Source of the DNA: an uncultured Aliarcobacter sp.
Lineage (GTDB): Bacteria > Campylobacterota > Campylobacteria > Campylobacterales > Arcobacteraceae
Direction of reading: 5' to 3'
NCBI GenBank assembly: GCA_963677435.1
Contig: OY781945.1
Coordinates: 2,944,001-3,008,000, forward strand
Length of the DNA: 64,000 nt
Shown one piece after another: positions 9,603-21,612 of the stretch (the first letter of the stretch is position 1; every line of letters starts with the position of its first letter). Made by a program: the position numbers and the translations under genes. The notes under the pieces were generated by a model that ran no database searches, was not told where the DNA came from, and saw only the letters and a program-made list of their open reading frames with translations.

Positions 9603-11090
9603 ATGAGTTCAGATATTCTTTCATTCATTATATTTTTACCTGCTGTTGTTGCATTTGGGTTAATGATAACAACAAGAGATGTAAATACAATTAGAAATAT
9701 AGCATTTTTGACTACAACTGTAATTTTGGCACTTGTATTAAAAATATATATAGAGTTTGCTCCAAGTGCAGGCATGCAATTTGTTACAAATGTTCCTTGG
9801 ATTGAAACTTATGGAATAAATTATTATATTGGATTAGATGGTTTTTCTCTTACAATTTTAATGATGATTGCTATTTTAATTCCAACTGCTTATTTATTAT
9901 TATGGGAAGGGAAAACAAAAGGTTATTGGATAAATATGCTTTTAGTTCAAACAGGAGTAACAGGTACTTTATTATCTTTAGATATTGTACTTTTCTACTT
10001 TTTTTGGGAAACTATGCTTTTACCAGTATTCTTAATGATTGGTTCTTACGGCTTTGGAGACAAAGTATTTACAACTATTAAAGTAACTGTTTATACAATG
10101 GCTGGTTCATTATTAATGTTTATCTCAATTTTATATTTGGGTGTTACTTATAATAATGAATTTGGCGTTTGGTCTTTTGCTTATGATAAATTAATGCTAA
10201 TTACAACTATTCCTTATGATACTAAAGTTTGGTTATTTTTAGCATTCTTAGCTGCTTTTGCTATTAAAATTCCAATTTTTCCACTTCACACTTGGATTAT
10301 GGAAACATATAAAAATGCTCCAACTGGTGCAGTTTTTCTATTATCTTCAATAATGGCAAAACTTGGAGTTTATGCAATTGTTAGATTTATGATTCCAATT
10401 TTTCCAGAAATTTATGTTGAATTTTCAACTTGGTTTGTAGCTATTGGATTATTTGGACTTGTTTATTTTGGAATTGCAGCACTTATGCAAGATGATATTA
10501 AAAGAATGTTTGCTTATTCATCAGCTTCTCACTTGAGTTTTATCTCTGCTGGTATTTTTTCCCTTAACTCTTATGGAGTAAATGGAGCGTTATATTTAAT
10601 AATTGCCCATGCAATTGCAACTGGGGCCCTATTTTTACTTGTTGGATTAATGCATGAACAAACAGGATTTAAAACTATCAAAGATTTAGGTGGAATTGCA
10701 AAAAAAGCTCCAATATTCACTTTTATATTCGCTGTAATGTTATTTTCGAATATTGGACTTCCAGGAACAAATGGTTTCGTTTCTGAACTTTTAATTATTT
10801 TTGGTATTTATGAATTTAATCATACTTTAGGATATATAGCAACACTTACTGTAATAATTGGAGCTTCTTATATGTTATGGATGTTTCAAAGAGCAATACT
10901 ACAAAATAGACCTGAGGGTTCAAAAGAACTTGTTATGAGAGATTTAAAAATAAAAGAGATTATAGGATTTATTCCATGGGTAATTTTAGTATTTTTAATG
11001 GGATTTTATCCAGAAATTTTTATGAATAAATTTGAACCAACTGTAACTCACTACTTAAATGATATTTTACAAATTGGAGCTACAAAATGA
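9603..11090 (+). CDS. nuoM: NADH-quinone oxidoreductase subunit M
   Basis: [31 protein letters not shown]. Confidence 0.95.
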   Translation: MSSDILSFIIFLPAVVAFGLMITTRDVNTIRNIAFLTTTVILALVLKIYIEFAPSAGMQFVTNVPWIETYGINYYIGLDGFSLTILMMIAILIPTAYLLLWEGKTKGYWINMLLVQTGVTGTLLSLDIVLFYFFWETMLLPVFLMIGSYGFGDKVFTTIKVTVYTMAGSLLMFISILYLGVTYNNEFGVWSFAYDKLMLITTIPYDTKVWLFLAFLAAFAIKIPIFPLHTWIMETYKNAPTGAVFLLSSIMAKLGVYAIVRFMIPIFPEIYVEFSTWFVAIGLFGLVYFGIAALMQDDIKRMFAYSSASHLSFISAGIFSLNSYGVNGALYLIIAHAIATGALFLLVGLMHEQTGFKTIKDLGGIAKKAPIFTFIFAVMLFSNIGLPGTNGFVSELLIIFGIYEFNHTLGYIATLTVIIGASYMLWMFQRAILQNRPEGSKELVMRDLKIKEIIGFIPWVILVFLMGFYPEIFMNKFEPTVTHYLNDILQIGATK

Positions 11091-12607
11091 GTCAAATATT
11101 TTATTTAATTCCAGAACTTACAATATTAACAGGTGCATTAGTACTTATGTTTATGAGTATGTATGAGAAATATGCTGTAAAAGATTTTATTGTTGTTTCT
11201 TCAATTTTTCTATTTATTGCATTAGGTTTTACTTTAAGTAATGTAAATAACTATTTTTCAATACAACCTTATGAGAGTTTATTAAATAATGTTTTAACTT
11301 TTGATACATTTTCAAACTTTTTTAATATTTTACTAATAAGTGGAACAATACTTACTCTTTTAATTGGTGAGCACTATTTTCAGCATAGAGCATATTTCAA
11401 AGGTGAATTTTTCTCAATTTTACTGTTTGCACTATTTGGAATGATGGTTTTAGGTCATGCGAATGAATTAGTAACTGCTTATGTTGCACTAGAAATTGCT
11501 TCATTTTCTATTTATATTATGGTTGGTTATAACTCTGATGACTCAAAAAGAGTTGAGGCTATTTTTAAATATTTAGTATTAGGCTCATTTATTGGAGCAT
11601 TTTACCTTTTAGGTGTAGTTCTAATTTTTGGAGCAACACAAAGTACAAATTTAGATGATGTATCTGCATTTATAAAAACTGCAAATTCTGATGAGATGAT
11701 TCTTGTATATATTGGATTAACATTAATTTTATTTACATTTTTATTTAAAATTGCAGCTTTTCCTTTCCAAGCATGGGTTCTTGATGTTTATCGAGGTGCA
11801 CCTATGGTTATTACAGCATACATGGCATCAACATTTAAAATAGCTATTTTCTCATTTTTCTTAAGAACAATATTAAATTATATTTCACCAATTATAGATT
11901 TCTGGGATGGAATTATAACTGTAATTATTGTTTTAACTTTAATATTTGGAACTTGGTTAGCGGTTACACAAAAAATTGTAAAAAGGATGTTAGCTGCTTC
12001 CTCAATTGTTCATACTGGATATTTACTTCTAGCTTTTATTGCATTAAGTTATAAAGATGGACATATTATTAATATTGATGCTGCATATGCAACAATGTTT
12101 TATTTAATTGCATATTTATTATCAGCACTTGGTGCATTTGGTTTAGCTTCACATATTATTTCAGAAACAAATGTAAAAGTTACTTATGATGATTTTAAAG
12201 GTTTAGCAAAAGAGAGACCTTTCTTAGCAGCAATGATGACAATATTTTTATTTTCATTAGCTGGGATTCCTTCAACAATTGGATTTATAGGTAAACTTTA
12301 TGTATTTACTGAAGCAATAAATGCTGGATATACAGTATTAACAATTATCGCTATATTTGCAACAATTGTTTCAGTTTATTACTATTTTAAACTAATTGCT
12401 ATGATGTATTTTTATCCTCCAAAAATTGAATGTATTTCTGTTGAATTTAATGATAAAAGAGTTTCAACTTATGCAATTGCTTTTGTTGCAATACTAACAG
12501 TTTTAGGTGGAATTGGTTCAGCAATTGTATTTTTTATTCCTGCAATGAATATTGATGAAATTATTAATTTAACACAATTAGCAGTTCAATCATTATTTAT
12601 AAAATAG
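11087..12607 (+). CDS. nuoN: NADH-quinone oxidoreductase subunit N
   Basis: [35 protein letters not shown]. Confidence 0.95.
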   Translation: MSQIFYLIPELTILTGALVLMFMSMYEKYAVKDFIVVSSIFLFIALGFTLSNVNNYFSIQPYESLLNNVLTFDTFSNFFNILLISGTILTLLIGEHYFQHRAYFKGEFFSILLFALFGMMVLGHANELVTAYVALEIASFSIYIMVGYNSDDSKRVEAIFKYLVLGSFIGAFYLLGVVLIFGATQSTNLDDVSAFIKTANSDEMILVYIGLTLILFTFLFKIAAFPFQAWVLDVYRGAPMVITAYMASTFKIAIFSFFLRTILNYISPIIDFWDGIITVIIVLTLIFGTWLAVTQKIVKRMLAASSIVHTGYLLLAFIALSYKDGHIINIDAAYATMFYLIAYLLSALGAFGLASHIISETNVKVTYDDFKGLAKERPFLAAMMTIFLFSLAGIPSTIGFIGKLYVFTEAINAGYTVLTIIAIFATIVSVYYYFKLIAMMYFYPPKIECISVEFNDKRVSTYAIAFVAILTVLGGIGSAIVFFIPAMNIDEIINLTQLAVQSLFIK

Positions 12608-12671
12608 ACTGTGTTAATAAGTAACATTAGCTCTTCATATTAATAAATTTTTTCTTCTAAAATCTTCTTAA

Positions 12672-12697
12672 ATAAAAGCCCATAATTGGGCTTTTAT
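12672..12697 (+). terminator. Intrinsic terminator-like hairpin after nuoN
   Basis: ATAAAAGCCCA-taat-TGGGCTTTTAT 11-bp inverted repeat. Confidence 0.7.
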
Positions 12698-12817
12698 ATC
12701 ATCTCAGTTTCATTTTTCTCCTCTTTTTTCTAATAAAAATATAATGATGTTTGAAGTAGTTTTAAGCTATTATTTCGCTATTATTCTAAAAAATCTATAT
12801 CGCAGAAAGGATAGCAA

Positions 12818-13618
12818 ATGAGTGACCTAATAGAAGGTTATTTGGGGAAAACAGAAGAAGGAAAGAAAAGTAGATTACCTGCAAAACTTGATTTTATGCA
12901 AAGTTTTACAGGAGGATTTTTAGCTTTATTCATGTGGGGACATATGCTTTTTGTCTCATCAATTTTAATCAGCAAAGATTTTATGTATACAATTACAAAA
13001 TTCTTTGAAGGTAGTTTTATTTTCAATGAAGGGCAACCTATCATTGTTTCTATTATTGCTTTTATAGTATTTGTTATTTTTATTGTTCATGCTGCACTTG
13101 GAATGAGAAAACTTCCAAGCAATTTTAAACAATATCAAGTAATTAAAGCTCATGCTAAAAGTATGAATCACGATGACACAAAACTTTGGTTTACTCAAGC
13201 CTTTACAGGTTTTGCAATGTTTTTCTTGGGTTCAGTTCATTTATATATTATTATGACTCATTCAGATGCAATCGGACCATATGCTAGTTCAGATAGAGTT
13301 TGGTCTGAATATATGTGGCCTTTATATATTCTTTTATTGTTAGCTGTTGAATTTCATGGAACAATTGGTTTATATAGATTATGTGTTAAATGGGGTTGGT
13401 TTGATGGTGAAAATCCAAAAGCTACAAGAAAAACACTTAAAAAAGTTAAATGGTCTTTAACTGTATTCTTCTTAGTATTAGGGTTTGCTTCATTAGCAGC
13501 TTATATGAAAATTGGTATGGAAAATGCCGCAAATGGAACAGTTGGTCAAAAATATACTCCAACTGCAAGTGTAATCGAATATAAAATTACAAATAAAACT
13601 GTTGGGGGAATTGCATAA
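12818..13618 (+). CDS. frdC: Fumarate reductase cytochrome b subunit (Wolinella/Campylobacter type)
   Basis: [29 protein letters not shown]; precedes frdAB. Confidence 0.93.
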   Translation: MSDLIEGYLGKTEEGKKSRLPAKLDFMQSFTGGFLALFMWGHMLFVSSILISKDFMYTITKFFEGSFIFNEGQPIIVSIIAFIVFVIFIVHAALGMRKLPSNFKQYQVIKAHAKSMNHDDTKLWFTQAFTGFAMFFLGSVHLYIIMTHSDAIGPYASSDRVWSEYMWPLYILLLLAVEFHGTIGLYRLCVKWGWFDGENPKATRKTLKKVKWSLTVFFLVLGFASLAAYMKIGMENAANGTVGQKYTPTASVIEYKITNKTVGGIA

Positions 13619-15603
13619 TGAAAATTAATTACTGTGATGCATTAGTAATTGGTGGAGGACTTGCAGGTTTAAGAGCTGCAGTTGCTGCACAGAAAAAAGG
13701 TTTAAGTACAACTGTTTTATCTTTAGTTCCTGTAAAAAGATCACATAGTGCTGCTGCACAAGGTGGTATGCAAGCATCTTTAGGTAACTCAAAAATGTCT
13801 GATGGGGATAATGAAGATTTACACTTTGCAGATACTGTAAAAGGTTCTGACTGGGGATGTGATCAAATTGTTGCAAGAATGTTCGTACATACTGCACCAA
13901 AAGCAATTAGAGAATTAGCATCATGGGGTGTTCCTTGGTCTAGAGTTAAAGAAGGATCAAGAGAAGCTGTAATTAATGCTAAAAAAACAACAATTACAGA
14001 AGAAGCAGATAGACATGGATTAATTACATCAAGAGATTTTGGTGGAACTAAAAAATGGAGAACTTGTTATACAGCAGATGCAACTGGACATACTATGTTA
14101 TTTGGTGTTGCAAATGAAGCTTTAAGACATAATGTTGATATAAGAGATAGAAAAGAAGCTTTATCAATTATTCACGAAGGTGGAAGATGTTATGGAGCAA
14201 TTGTAAGAGATTTAATTACAGGTGAATTAGAAGCTTATGTTGCAAAAGGTACATGTATCGCAACTGGTGGATATGGAAGAGTATTTAAACAAACTACAAA
14301 TGCTGTTATTTGTGAAGGTATTGGAGCTGCTATTGCTTTAGAAACTGGAATTGCAACTTTAGGAAATATGGAAGCTGTTCAATTTCACCCAACACCAATC
14401 GTACCATCAGGTATTTTATTAACTGAAGGTTGTAGAGGAGATGGTGGAATCTTAAGAGATGTTGATGGTCACAGATTTATGCCAGATTATGAGCCAGAGA
14501 AAAAAGAATTAGCTTCAAGAGATGTTGTTTCAAGAAGAATGATTGAACATATTAGAAATGGTAAAGGTGTTCCTTCACCTTATGGATACCATGTATGGTT
14601 AGATATCTCTATTTTAGGTAGAGAACATATTGAGAAAAATCTAAGAGATGTACAAGAAATTTGTCAAATTTTCAACGGTATTGATCCAGCTGATGAGGGT
14701 AAAAAAGGATGGGCACCAGTTCTTCCGATGCAACACTACTCAATGGGTGGAATTAGAACAAAACCAACTGGTGAATCACAAACTTTAAATGGTTTATTTG
14801 CTTGTGGTGAAGCTTCTTGTTGGGATATGCATGGATTTAATAGACTTGGAGGAAACAGTGTTTCTGAAACAGTTGTTGCAGGTATGATTATTGGAAATTA
14901 TTTCGCTGATTATTGTTTAGCTAATGATGTAACAATTCCTACTTCAACAGTTCAAAGATTTTTAGATAAACAAGATAAGTATTTAGATGAAATCTTAGCT
15001 TATAACGGAACTGAAGATATTTTTAGAATCAAAAACAGAATGCAGAACTTAATGGATGAAAAAGTTGGTATCTTTAGAGATGGTATTCACTTACAAGAAG
15101 CTGTTAATGAACTTGAAGAGTTATTGAAAAAAACAAAACATATCAATGTTAAATCAAAAGAAAGAGTTGGAAATCCAGAGCTTGAAGAAGCATATAGAGT
15201 TCCAAGAATGTTAAAAGTTGCACTTTGTGTTGCTAATGGAGCATTACAAAGAACAGAATCAAGAGGTGCTCACTATAGAGAAGACTTCTTAAAAAGAGAT
15301 GATGCAAACTGGTTAAATAGAACATTAACTTCTTGGCCAGATGAGAACCAAACTCTTCCAACAATTTCATATGAGCCATTAGATATTATGACAATGGAAT
15401 TACCTCCAGCATTTAGAGGATATGGTGCAAAAGGGATGATTATAGAAAATGAATTATCTGAAAAAAGACAATTAGAAGTTGATGAAATTAGTGAAAAACT
15501 AAGTGCAGAAGGTAAAGATAGACATGAAATTCAACATGCATTAATGCCATTTGATTTACCAATGAACTATAGAGAGAAAAACGAAAGAGCAGGAGATTTA
15601 TAA
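13618..15603 (+). CDS. frdA: Fumarate reductase flavoprotein subunit
   Basis: [16 protein letters not shown] (covalent FAD His), [21 protein letters not shown]. Confidence 0.96.
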   Translation: MKINYCDALVIGGGLAGLRAAVAAQKKGLSTTVLSLVPVKRSHSAAAQGGMQASLGNSKMSDGDNEDLHFADTVKGSDWGCDQIVARMFVHTAPKAIRELASWGVPWSRVKEGSREAVINAKKTTITEEADRHGLITSRDFGGTKKWRTCYTADATGHTMLFGVANEALRHNVDIRDRKEALSIIHEGGRCYGAIVRDLITGELEAYVAKGTCIATGGYGRVFKQTTNAVICEGIGAAIALETGIATLGNMEAVQFHPTPIVPSGILLTEGCRGDGGILRDVDGHRFMPDYEPEKKELASRDVVSRRMIEHIRNGKGVPSPYGYHVWLDISILGREHIEKNLRDVQEICQIFNGIDPADEGKKGWAPVLPMQHYSMGGIRTKPTGESQTLNGLFACGEASCWDMHGFNRLGGNSVSETVVAGMIIGNYFADYCLANDVTIPTSTVQRFLDKQDKYLDEILAYNGTEDIFRIKNRMQNLMDEKVGIFRDGIHLQEAVNELEELLKKTKHINVKSKERVGNPELEEAYRVPRMLKVALCVANGALQRTESRGAHYREDFLKRDDANWLNRTLTSWPDENQTLPTISYEPLDIMTMELPPAFRGYGAKGMIIENELSEKRQLEVDEISEKLSAEGKDRHEIQHALMPFDLPMNYREKNERAGDL

Positions 15604-16334
15604 TGAGTATTGAAAAAGGTAGAGATATTACAATATCAGTTTTAAAATTCAATCCAAGAAGTAAGGTTTCTAAACCTCACTTTGTTGATTATCATTTAGA
15701 AGAGACTCCAGGTATGACTCTTTTCATTGCTTTAATGAAAATTAGAGAAGAAATGGATGCAGATTTATCTTTTGACTTCGTATGTAGAGCAGGGATTTGT
15801 GGTTCTTGTGGTATGGTTGTAAATGGTAAACCAACTCTTGCTTGTAGAACATTAATTGCTAATTACCCAAGTGGTAAATTACAATTAATGCCAATGCCTG
15901 CATTTGAATTAATCAAAGATTTATCTGTAAATACTGGTAAATGGATGGATAGTATGTCAAAAAGAGTTGAATCATGGATTCATAATGACCATGAAGTTGA
16001 CATTTCTAAATTAGAAGATAGAATCGATCCAGATGTAGCAAATGAGACATTTGAATTAGATAGATGTATTGAATGTGGTATTTGTGTTGCTTCTTGTGGA
16101 ACAGCATTAATGAGACCAGATTTCGTAGGACCAGTTGGATTAAATAGAGTAGCAAGATTTGAAGTAGATCCACATGATAAAAGAACTGCTGAAGATTTTT
16201 ATGAATTAATTGGTGATGATAATGGAATATTTGGTTGTATGTCTTTAATGGCGTGTGAAGACCATTGTCCAAAACACTTACCATTACAAAATAAAATTGC
16301 TTACTTAAGAAGAAAATTAGTAGCACTTAGATAA
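15603..16334 (+). CDS. frdB: Fumarate reductase iron-sulfur subunit
   Basis: [33 protein letters not shown]. Confidence 0.96.
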   Translation: MSIEKGRDITISVLKFNPRSKVSKPHFVDYHLEETPGMTLFIALMKIREEMDADLSFDFVCRAGICGSCGMVVNGKPTLACRTLIANYPSGKLQLMPMPAFELIKDLSVNTGKWMDSMSKRVESWIHNDHEVDISKLEDRIDPDVANETFELDRCIECGICVASCGTALMRPDFVGPVGLNRVARFEVDPHDKRTAEDFYELIGDDNGIFGCMSLMACEDHCPKHLPLQNKIAYLRRKLVALR

Positions 16335-16337
16335 TTA

Positions 16338-16361
16338 TAACGAAGGATTTTTCCTTCGTTA
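16338..16361 (+). terminator. Hairpin just after frdB (terminator or mRNA-stabilising stem)
   Basis: TAACGAAGGA-tttt-TCCTTCGTTA perfect 10-bp stem; no strong U-tract. Confidence 0.55.
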
Positions 16362-16371
16362 ATAAAGTAAG

Positions 16372-16413
16372 TATAAAAAGTTAAATATCATTAGTGATAT
16401 TTAACTTTTTATA
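16372..16413. repeat. Perfect 19-bp inverted repeat upstream of dynamin-like gene 1
   Basis: TATAAAAAGTTAAATATCA-ttag-TGATATTTAACTTTTTATA. Confidence 0.85.
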
Positions 16414-16430
16414 TTTTTGGGAGATTTAAA

Positions 16431-18785
16431 ATGAGTTTAACAAACGATTATTTCTTACTATATCATGGTATTACATTTGAACAAAATTTAGATATAGAAC
16501 CTATGGATTTAAACCTAGATAAAGAAATATTTACAATTTTTGCATTAATAATAAGTGCTACTAGAAAAAATTTTGATAAGTACTTACCACTTACTTCATT
16601 CAAAACATTATGTCAACAAATAAAGGTTAAAAGTCCTTCAAATATTAATGAACTAAATCATTTACAACATAATATTCTTGAAACTATTCTTTTAAACAAG
16701 TCAAAACTAAATATATCTATTTTACATTCATCTTTTGAATATTTAAAAGAAGAAGGTATATTAAATAATGAAAACTACAGAAAGTTAATATCTTTATTTG
16801 ATTCAAAAGAGTTAAATGTTCAAGAAGAAGATAGTTTAACTAAAAATGAACTTTTAGATGATAAAAAAGCAAAAAATTCATTTAAAGATTTAAAATCAAC
16901 AATAGAAGAATTAATATCTGAAATAAAATCTGATTTAACAAATCCAGAAATTTTAAGTGAACTTGAAACAACAAAAAACTACTTAAATTCTCAAAAATTC
17001 TCTATTGGAATTACTGGTGTTATGAACGCTGGTAAATCAACAATGTTAAATGCACTAATGGGAAGAGAAATTTTAGGGAGTGCTGTTGTTCCTGAAACAG
17101 CAAATTTAACTATAGTAAAACATAATCAAACTGATAATGCAAAGGTATTTTACTGGAATACTCAAGAGTGGGATAGAATCTTAAAATCAGCAGAACAACT
17201 TGAATCAATGAAAGAGTTTGTAAATGAAACAAACAAAATCTTTGGAGATGAATTAAAAAATTATATAAAACCTGTTTCAAGATTTGATGAAGTTGATATT
17301 AATGATTTATCATCTTATACATCAGCAGAAGCAAGTGGAAAAAAATGTAACTTAGTAAAATATGTAGAACTAGGTTCTAAACTTGACTTTTTAAGTGATG
17401 GAATTGAAATCGTTGATACTCCAGGTCTTGATGACCCAGTTATTCAAAGGGAAGAGATTACAAAAGAATATATCAGTGCTTGTGATATGATGTTACATCT
17501 TATGAATGTATCTCAAAGTGCAACACTTAAAGATGTTGAATTTATTATTGATGCCCTACTTTACCAAAATATCTCAAAACTTTTAGTTGTAATAACACGA
17601 GCTGATACTGTTTCAAAAGAACAACTGGAAGAAGTTATTAATTACACAAAATCTTCAATTGAGAGACAATTAAGAGCACAAAATAAAGATTCTCAACTTG
17701 ATTATATTTTAAAAACAATCAAATTTATTCCAATTTCTGGAAGAATGGCACTATTACACCGAACAGGAAGAGAGCAAGAAGCGCTTGATGCTGGATATAC
17801 ACTTGAAGATACAGGAATTTTAGAAATTGAGAAATATCTAAACGAAACTTTATTTGGTTCAAATTCACAAAAAGGTGAACTTGTAATTCAATCATCTAAA
17901 AATCAATTACAAAAAATACTTGAAAAACAAACTTCGTTTTACAACTATGAATTAAAACTTTTATCAAAATCAAAAGATGAACTAGAAAAAGAACTTCAAG
18001 ATTTCAACAAGAAAAAAGTAGTAAATACTAGAATTTTTCAAGCAATGAATGAAGATATTAATTATTATAAAAATGACTCAAAAGCTTACATTGATTCACT
18101 CGAAACATTTTTACAAAGTGAACTTTTAGAACTTCAAAATGTGATTAAAAAAAGAGTTGTGGGAGATGTGAGATACTCTTTTGAAAAAACAAAAAAAAGA
18201 CCTGAAAACTCAAGAATCAAAGTTATTGTTGAAACTGCGATTAAAGATGGAATTATTGATGTTATTAGGGATTATAGATATAAATTTATCAAAAAGTCTC
18301 AAACTATTGGTGAACAATGTGAACAAAAATATCATGATTTAGGTTTTACAATTGGACATAAAAATGATAACTTTGATGCAAGAGGATTTTTCCAAGATGA
18401 CTTTAAAGCAGGTTTTTTAACATCAAATAATGAGGTTTTAATTTCTCAAGTTATTGATGCTGTTTCAAAAGCAAAAGAAGCAAAATTAAGTGAGCTTGAT
18501 AGGGAAATGGAACAATTAATAAAAAACCAATTTACATCTATTGAAGAAGATATTAAATCAAAAGCTAAAAAAGTAAGTTCACTATTAATCGAATCTTTTT
18601 TTGCTACATTAAATGCTCCGTTACGAACTTTTGAGCAAAAACTTAAAAATGATGAAGAAACTCTTCAAAATCAAATAAATTCATTTGAAGAAAATGATAA
18701 AAATAAAGCTCAATTATCTATTGATATTCATAAAAATATTAAAAAACTTGAAAGTATTTCAACAACAATAAAAGGATTATACTAA
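16431..18785 (+). CDS. Bacterial dynamin-like GTPase 1 (DLP1 type)
   Basis: G1 GVMNAGKS, G2 VPETAN, G3 DTPG, G4 TRAD; long helical C-terminal half. Confidence 0.88.
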   Translation: MSLTNDYFLLYHGITFEQNLDIEPMDLNLDKEIFTIFALIISATRKNFDKYLPLTSFKTLCQQIKVKSPSNINELNHLQHNILETILLNKSKLNISILHSSFEYLKEEGILNNENYRKLISLFDSKELNVQEEDSLTKNELLDDKKAKNSFKDLKSTIEELISEIKSDLTNPEILSELETTKNYLNSQKFSIGITGVMNAGKSTMLNALMGREILGSAVVPETANLTIVKHNQTDNAKVFYWNTQEWDRILKSAEQLESMKEFVNETNKIFGDELKNYIKPVSRFDEVDINDLSSYTSAEASGKKCNLVKYVELGSKLDFLSDGIEIVDTPGLDDPVIQREEITKEYISACDMMLHLMNVSQSATLKDVEFIIDALLYQNISKLLVVITRADTVSKEQLEEVINYTKSSIERQLRAQNKDSQLDYILKTIKFIPISGRMALLHRTGREQEALDAGYTLEDTGILEIEKYLNETLFGSNSQKGELVIQSSKNQLQKILEKQTSFYNYELKLLSKSKDELEKELQDFNKKKVVNTRIFQAMNEDINYYKNDSKAYIDSLETFLQSELLELQNVIKKRVVGDVRYSFEKTKKRPENSRIKVIVETAIKDGIIDVIRDYRYKFIKKSQTIGEQCEQKYHDLGFTIGHKNDNFDARGFFQDDFKAGFLTSNNEVLISQVIDAVSKAKEAKLSELDREMEQLIKNQFTSIEEDIKSKAKKVSSLLIESFFATLNAPLRTFEQKLKNDEETLQNQINSFEENDKNKAQLSIDIHKNIKKLESISTTIKGLY

Positions 18786-20812
18786 TGAGTGCAAATTTAA
18801 ATATCCTAAAAAGTTTTGTAACTGAGTATAAAGAAACATATGTAATTCATGAAATAGTTTATGAAGAAGGATTAGTTGGAGACATAAAAAAAGTTCAAGC
18901 TAAACTTTTGGATGAAAAATTCCTACCTTCAAATCAACTTGTTGGTATTTTAAATAAACAAATAAGAAGAGCAAGATACCCAATTGAAATAGCAATTACA
19001 GGACAATTTTCTTCAGGAAAATCTACTTTTTTAAATGCTTTACTTGCAAGAAATGTACTTCCAACAGGAATTACACCAGTTACTTCAAAAGTAAACTTTA
19101 TAAATTATGGAGAAGAGTATAAATTAAAAATCACATATTATTCTGGTGCTCAAGAATTTGCTCCAATCGAAGCTATTGCTGATTTTACTGATCAAAGGCA
19201 ACATGAAATGAAAGATATAAAATATCTTACACTTTATGCTCCTATGGATATTTTAAAAGATATCTCATTTGTTGATACACCTGGATTAAACTCTCAATCT
19301 CAAAGTGATACAGATACAACTAGAAAAGTGCTAAGAGATGTTGGAGGAATTATTTGGTTAACACTTATTGACAATGCAGGAAAACTTTCAGAAGCAGAAG
19401 TTTTAGAAGAGTATATGCAACACTTTAAAAACAAATCTTTATGTGTTTTAAATCAAAAAGATAAGCTAACTCCTGAGCAAGTTGAAACTACTACGAAATA
19501 TGTAAGTGAAAAATTTGGAAAATATTTTGCACAAGTCACTCCTATTTCTGCAAAAATGGCACTTGAATCAAGAGCACACCAAAAAAGAGTATTACTTGAT
19601 GATTCATTTGAAGCCATTACAAAAGAGTTTAAAACTGAACTAAATAAAAATATTGGTGTTTCTACATTGGATTTTTTCCAAGATAAATTTGAAGAATTCC
19701 ACAAAAAAATCAGTGAAATTAATACAAAAGATATGTCAGGAGATATGAAACTTCTAAAAGAGTCTAATATCAATCAAGTTTTAGAATTTATTGAAAATGT
19801 TATTAGACCACAAGCAGCAGAAACAAAAGAGTTTGCAATTAAAAAAGATTTAAGAGGTATCTGTGATATTCTTGCAAAAGAGTATGAAACAATTACTAAA
19901 GTTTATGATGTTTTAATTGATGTATTAAAAGCTTGTGAACCAAAAGTTATAGAACAATTTGAGAATATTCATAAAAAATATTCAAAAGAGCTATTTAATA
20001 TTTATAACTCATTAGAAACAATTATGGAAAAAATCGCCCATGAAACATACAAAAATATAAAAAGAAAGCCAGCTTTTAGATTTGAAGAATCAAAAAGTTT
20101 CCTAGGTGGGAAAATAGAAAAATTCCAATATGAAACATTTTGGATTGATTCAGATGCAATTTACAAAAGCCTATTTTATGATGATCAAACTATTGATAAA
20201 ATGTTTAAAAGATCAATTAAACTATTAAAAAATGTTGAACTAAACACAGATGAATCTTTTAAAGATGTTTATAATCTTATTAATAATGAAGTTAGAAAAT
20301 GGCAAGAACCATATGAACTCCTTAGAAAACATAGAGAAATTGCTTCAGATTTAGAGTTTTCAAATACAAGACACTTTGCAGCAAAAGTTTATGAAAATGT
20401 TTTAAAAACATACCATACAGCTATTTTAGAAAATATTTCTGCTTTAAGAAAAAAATTCGCTTATTTTAATGGGGCACTATCATACTCTTATATTCAAACT
20501 ACACAAGCGACTATTAGCCACTTTGAACAACAAATATCTGAATCAGAAGAGTTATATAAAAAAGAGCCAACAAGATTTTCTATCTCACACCCAAGAGAAG
20601 ATGAAATTGTTGGAAAATTAAAAGCAAATTTTGGATTTGAAAAAATTGAAGATTTCTTAACTTCAAAAAGAAACTATCTATTTAAAATCGTAAAATATTC
20701 TAAAGAGCAATACTTAGATATAAATGAAGATAGAATAACTTTTGTAAAATCAAAAAAAGAACAATATCTTGATAAAATTAAAGATTTAGAAAAAATTAAA
20801 GAAGAGATTTAA
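18785..20812 (+). CDS. Bacterial dynamin-like GTPase 2 (DLP2 type)
   Basis: G1 GQFSSGKS, G2 ITPVT, G3 DTPG, G4 NQKD; coupled to DLP1 by a TAATG overlap. Confidence 0.88.
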   Translation: MSANLNILKSFVTEYKETYVIHEIVYEEGLVGDIKKVQAKLLDEKFLPSNQLVGILNKQIRRARYPIEIAITGQFSSGKSTFLNALLARNVLPTGITPVTSKVNFINYGEEYKLKITYYSGAQEFAPIEAIADFTDQRQHEMKDIKYLTLYAPMDILKDISFVDTPGLNSQSQSDTDTTRKVLRDVGGIIWLTLIDNAGKLSEAEVLEEYMQHFKNKSLCVLNQKDKLTPEQVETTTKYVSEKFGKYFAQVTPISAKMALESRAHQKRVLLDDSFEAITKEFKTELNKNIGVSTLDFFQDKFEEFHKKISEINTKDMSGDMKLLKESNINQVLEFIENVIRPQAAETKEFAIKKDLRGICDILAKEYETITKVYDVLIDVLKACEPKVIEQFENIHKKYSKELFNIYNSLETIMEKIAHETYKNIKRKPAFRFEESKSFLGGKIEKFQYETFWIDSDAIYKSLFYDDQTIDKMFKRSIKLLKNVELNTDESFKDVYNLINNEVRKWQEPYELLRKHREIASDLEFSNTRHFAAKVYENVLKTYHTAILENISALRKKFAYFNGALSYSYIQTTQATISHFEQQISESEELYKKEPTRFSISHPREDEIVGKLKANFGFEKIEDFLTSKRNYLFKIVKYSKEQYLDINEDRITFVKSKKEQYLDKIKDLEKIKEEI

Positions 20813-20824
20813 CTCTCTTTTTTA
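20802..20824 (+). terminator. Probable terminator after DLP2
   Basis: AAGAGA...TCTCTT followed by a T-run. Confidence 0.5.
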
Positions 20825-20986
20825 TTTAGATTTTTCATCCTCATAAATTCTCAATCCCTATTTTCAATTCCAATATTTTATTTAACCTAATTTACATAAA
20901 TAATAAAATATCTTTATAATGTGACACTATTTGTGATACTAAAAAAGTATAATAAGAAATACAGTTATAAAAGTAAAGGGGAAAAT

Positions 20987-21577
20987 ATGAACACTTCAAG
21001 TTTAATATCAACACTAGGTTCAAATAGTCAGGATTATAATAATTCAAATAAAAATCATAACGTTAATAAAGAAAAAAATGATGCATTTGAAAGTTTAATT
21101 TCTTCAAAAACAACTAATGAGCAAAAAACTTCTGTAAGTAAAAAAAATGATGAAGTTATAAAAGAAGAAACTTCAACACAAAGTCTTTATGATGACATAA
21201 TTTCTTTACTTAAAACAGGTTTTACTGTTGGAGAGTTAAAAGGATTTGAAGAAAAATTAAAAGAAATTTTGAAAATGAAAGATGATAATAAATCAACTAA
21301 TGAAGAAATAGAAACTGCTTTAAAAAAATTAACTCTTGAAATACAAGAAGCTAAAAAAAGAGTTAGTGGGCAATTTATAAAAAAAGCAGATGAGAATACA
21401 ACTCAATCAAATAATTCAGCTCAAGATAATGCAGCTTTTGATTTTGATACAGCTATTACTAATATAAAAGATATGCTCCAAGAGATACAAAATAATCCAA
21501 AAAATATAAATCCTGATGATAATTCTAATGAGGATAAAGCCTATGATAAATTAAAATTGTTATTAAAAATGAGTTAG
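20987..21577 (+). CDS. Hypothetical protein (Asn/Ser-rich N-terminus, helical C-terminus)
   Basis: ORF. ATG 20987 chosen over the track start because of the RBS AAAGGGG; TATAAT at 20948-20953. Confidence 0.75.
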   Translation: MNTSSLISTLGSNSQDYNNSNKNHNVNKEKNDAFESLISSKTTNEQKTSVSKKNDEVIKEETSTQSLYDDIISLLKTGFTVGELKGFEEKLKEILKMKDDNKSTNEEIETALKKLTLEIQEAKKRVSGQFIKKADENTTQSNNSAQDNAAFDFDTAITNIKDMLQEIQNNPKNINPDDNSNEDKAYDKLKLLLKMS

Positions 21578-21612
21578 TAAGAAAAAAAAAAGAATTAAAA
21601 GAGGAAAGTAAA

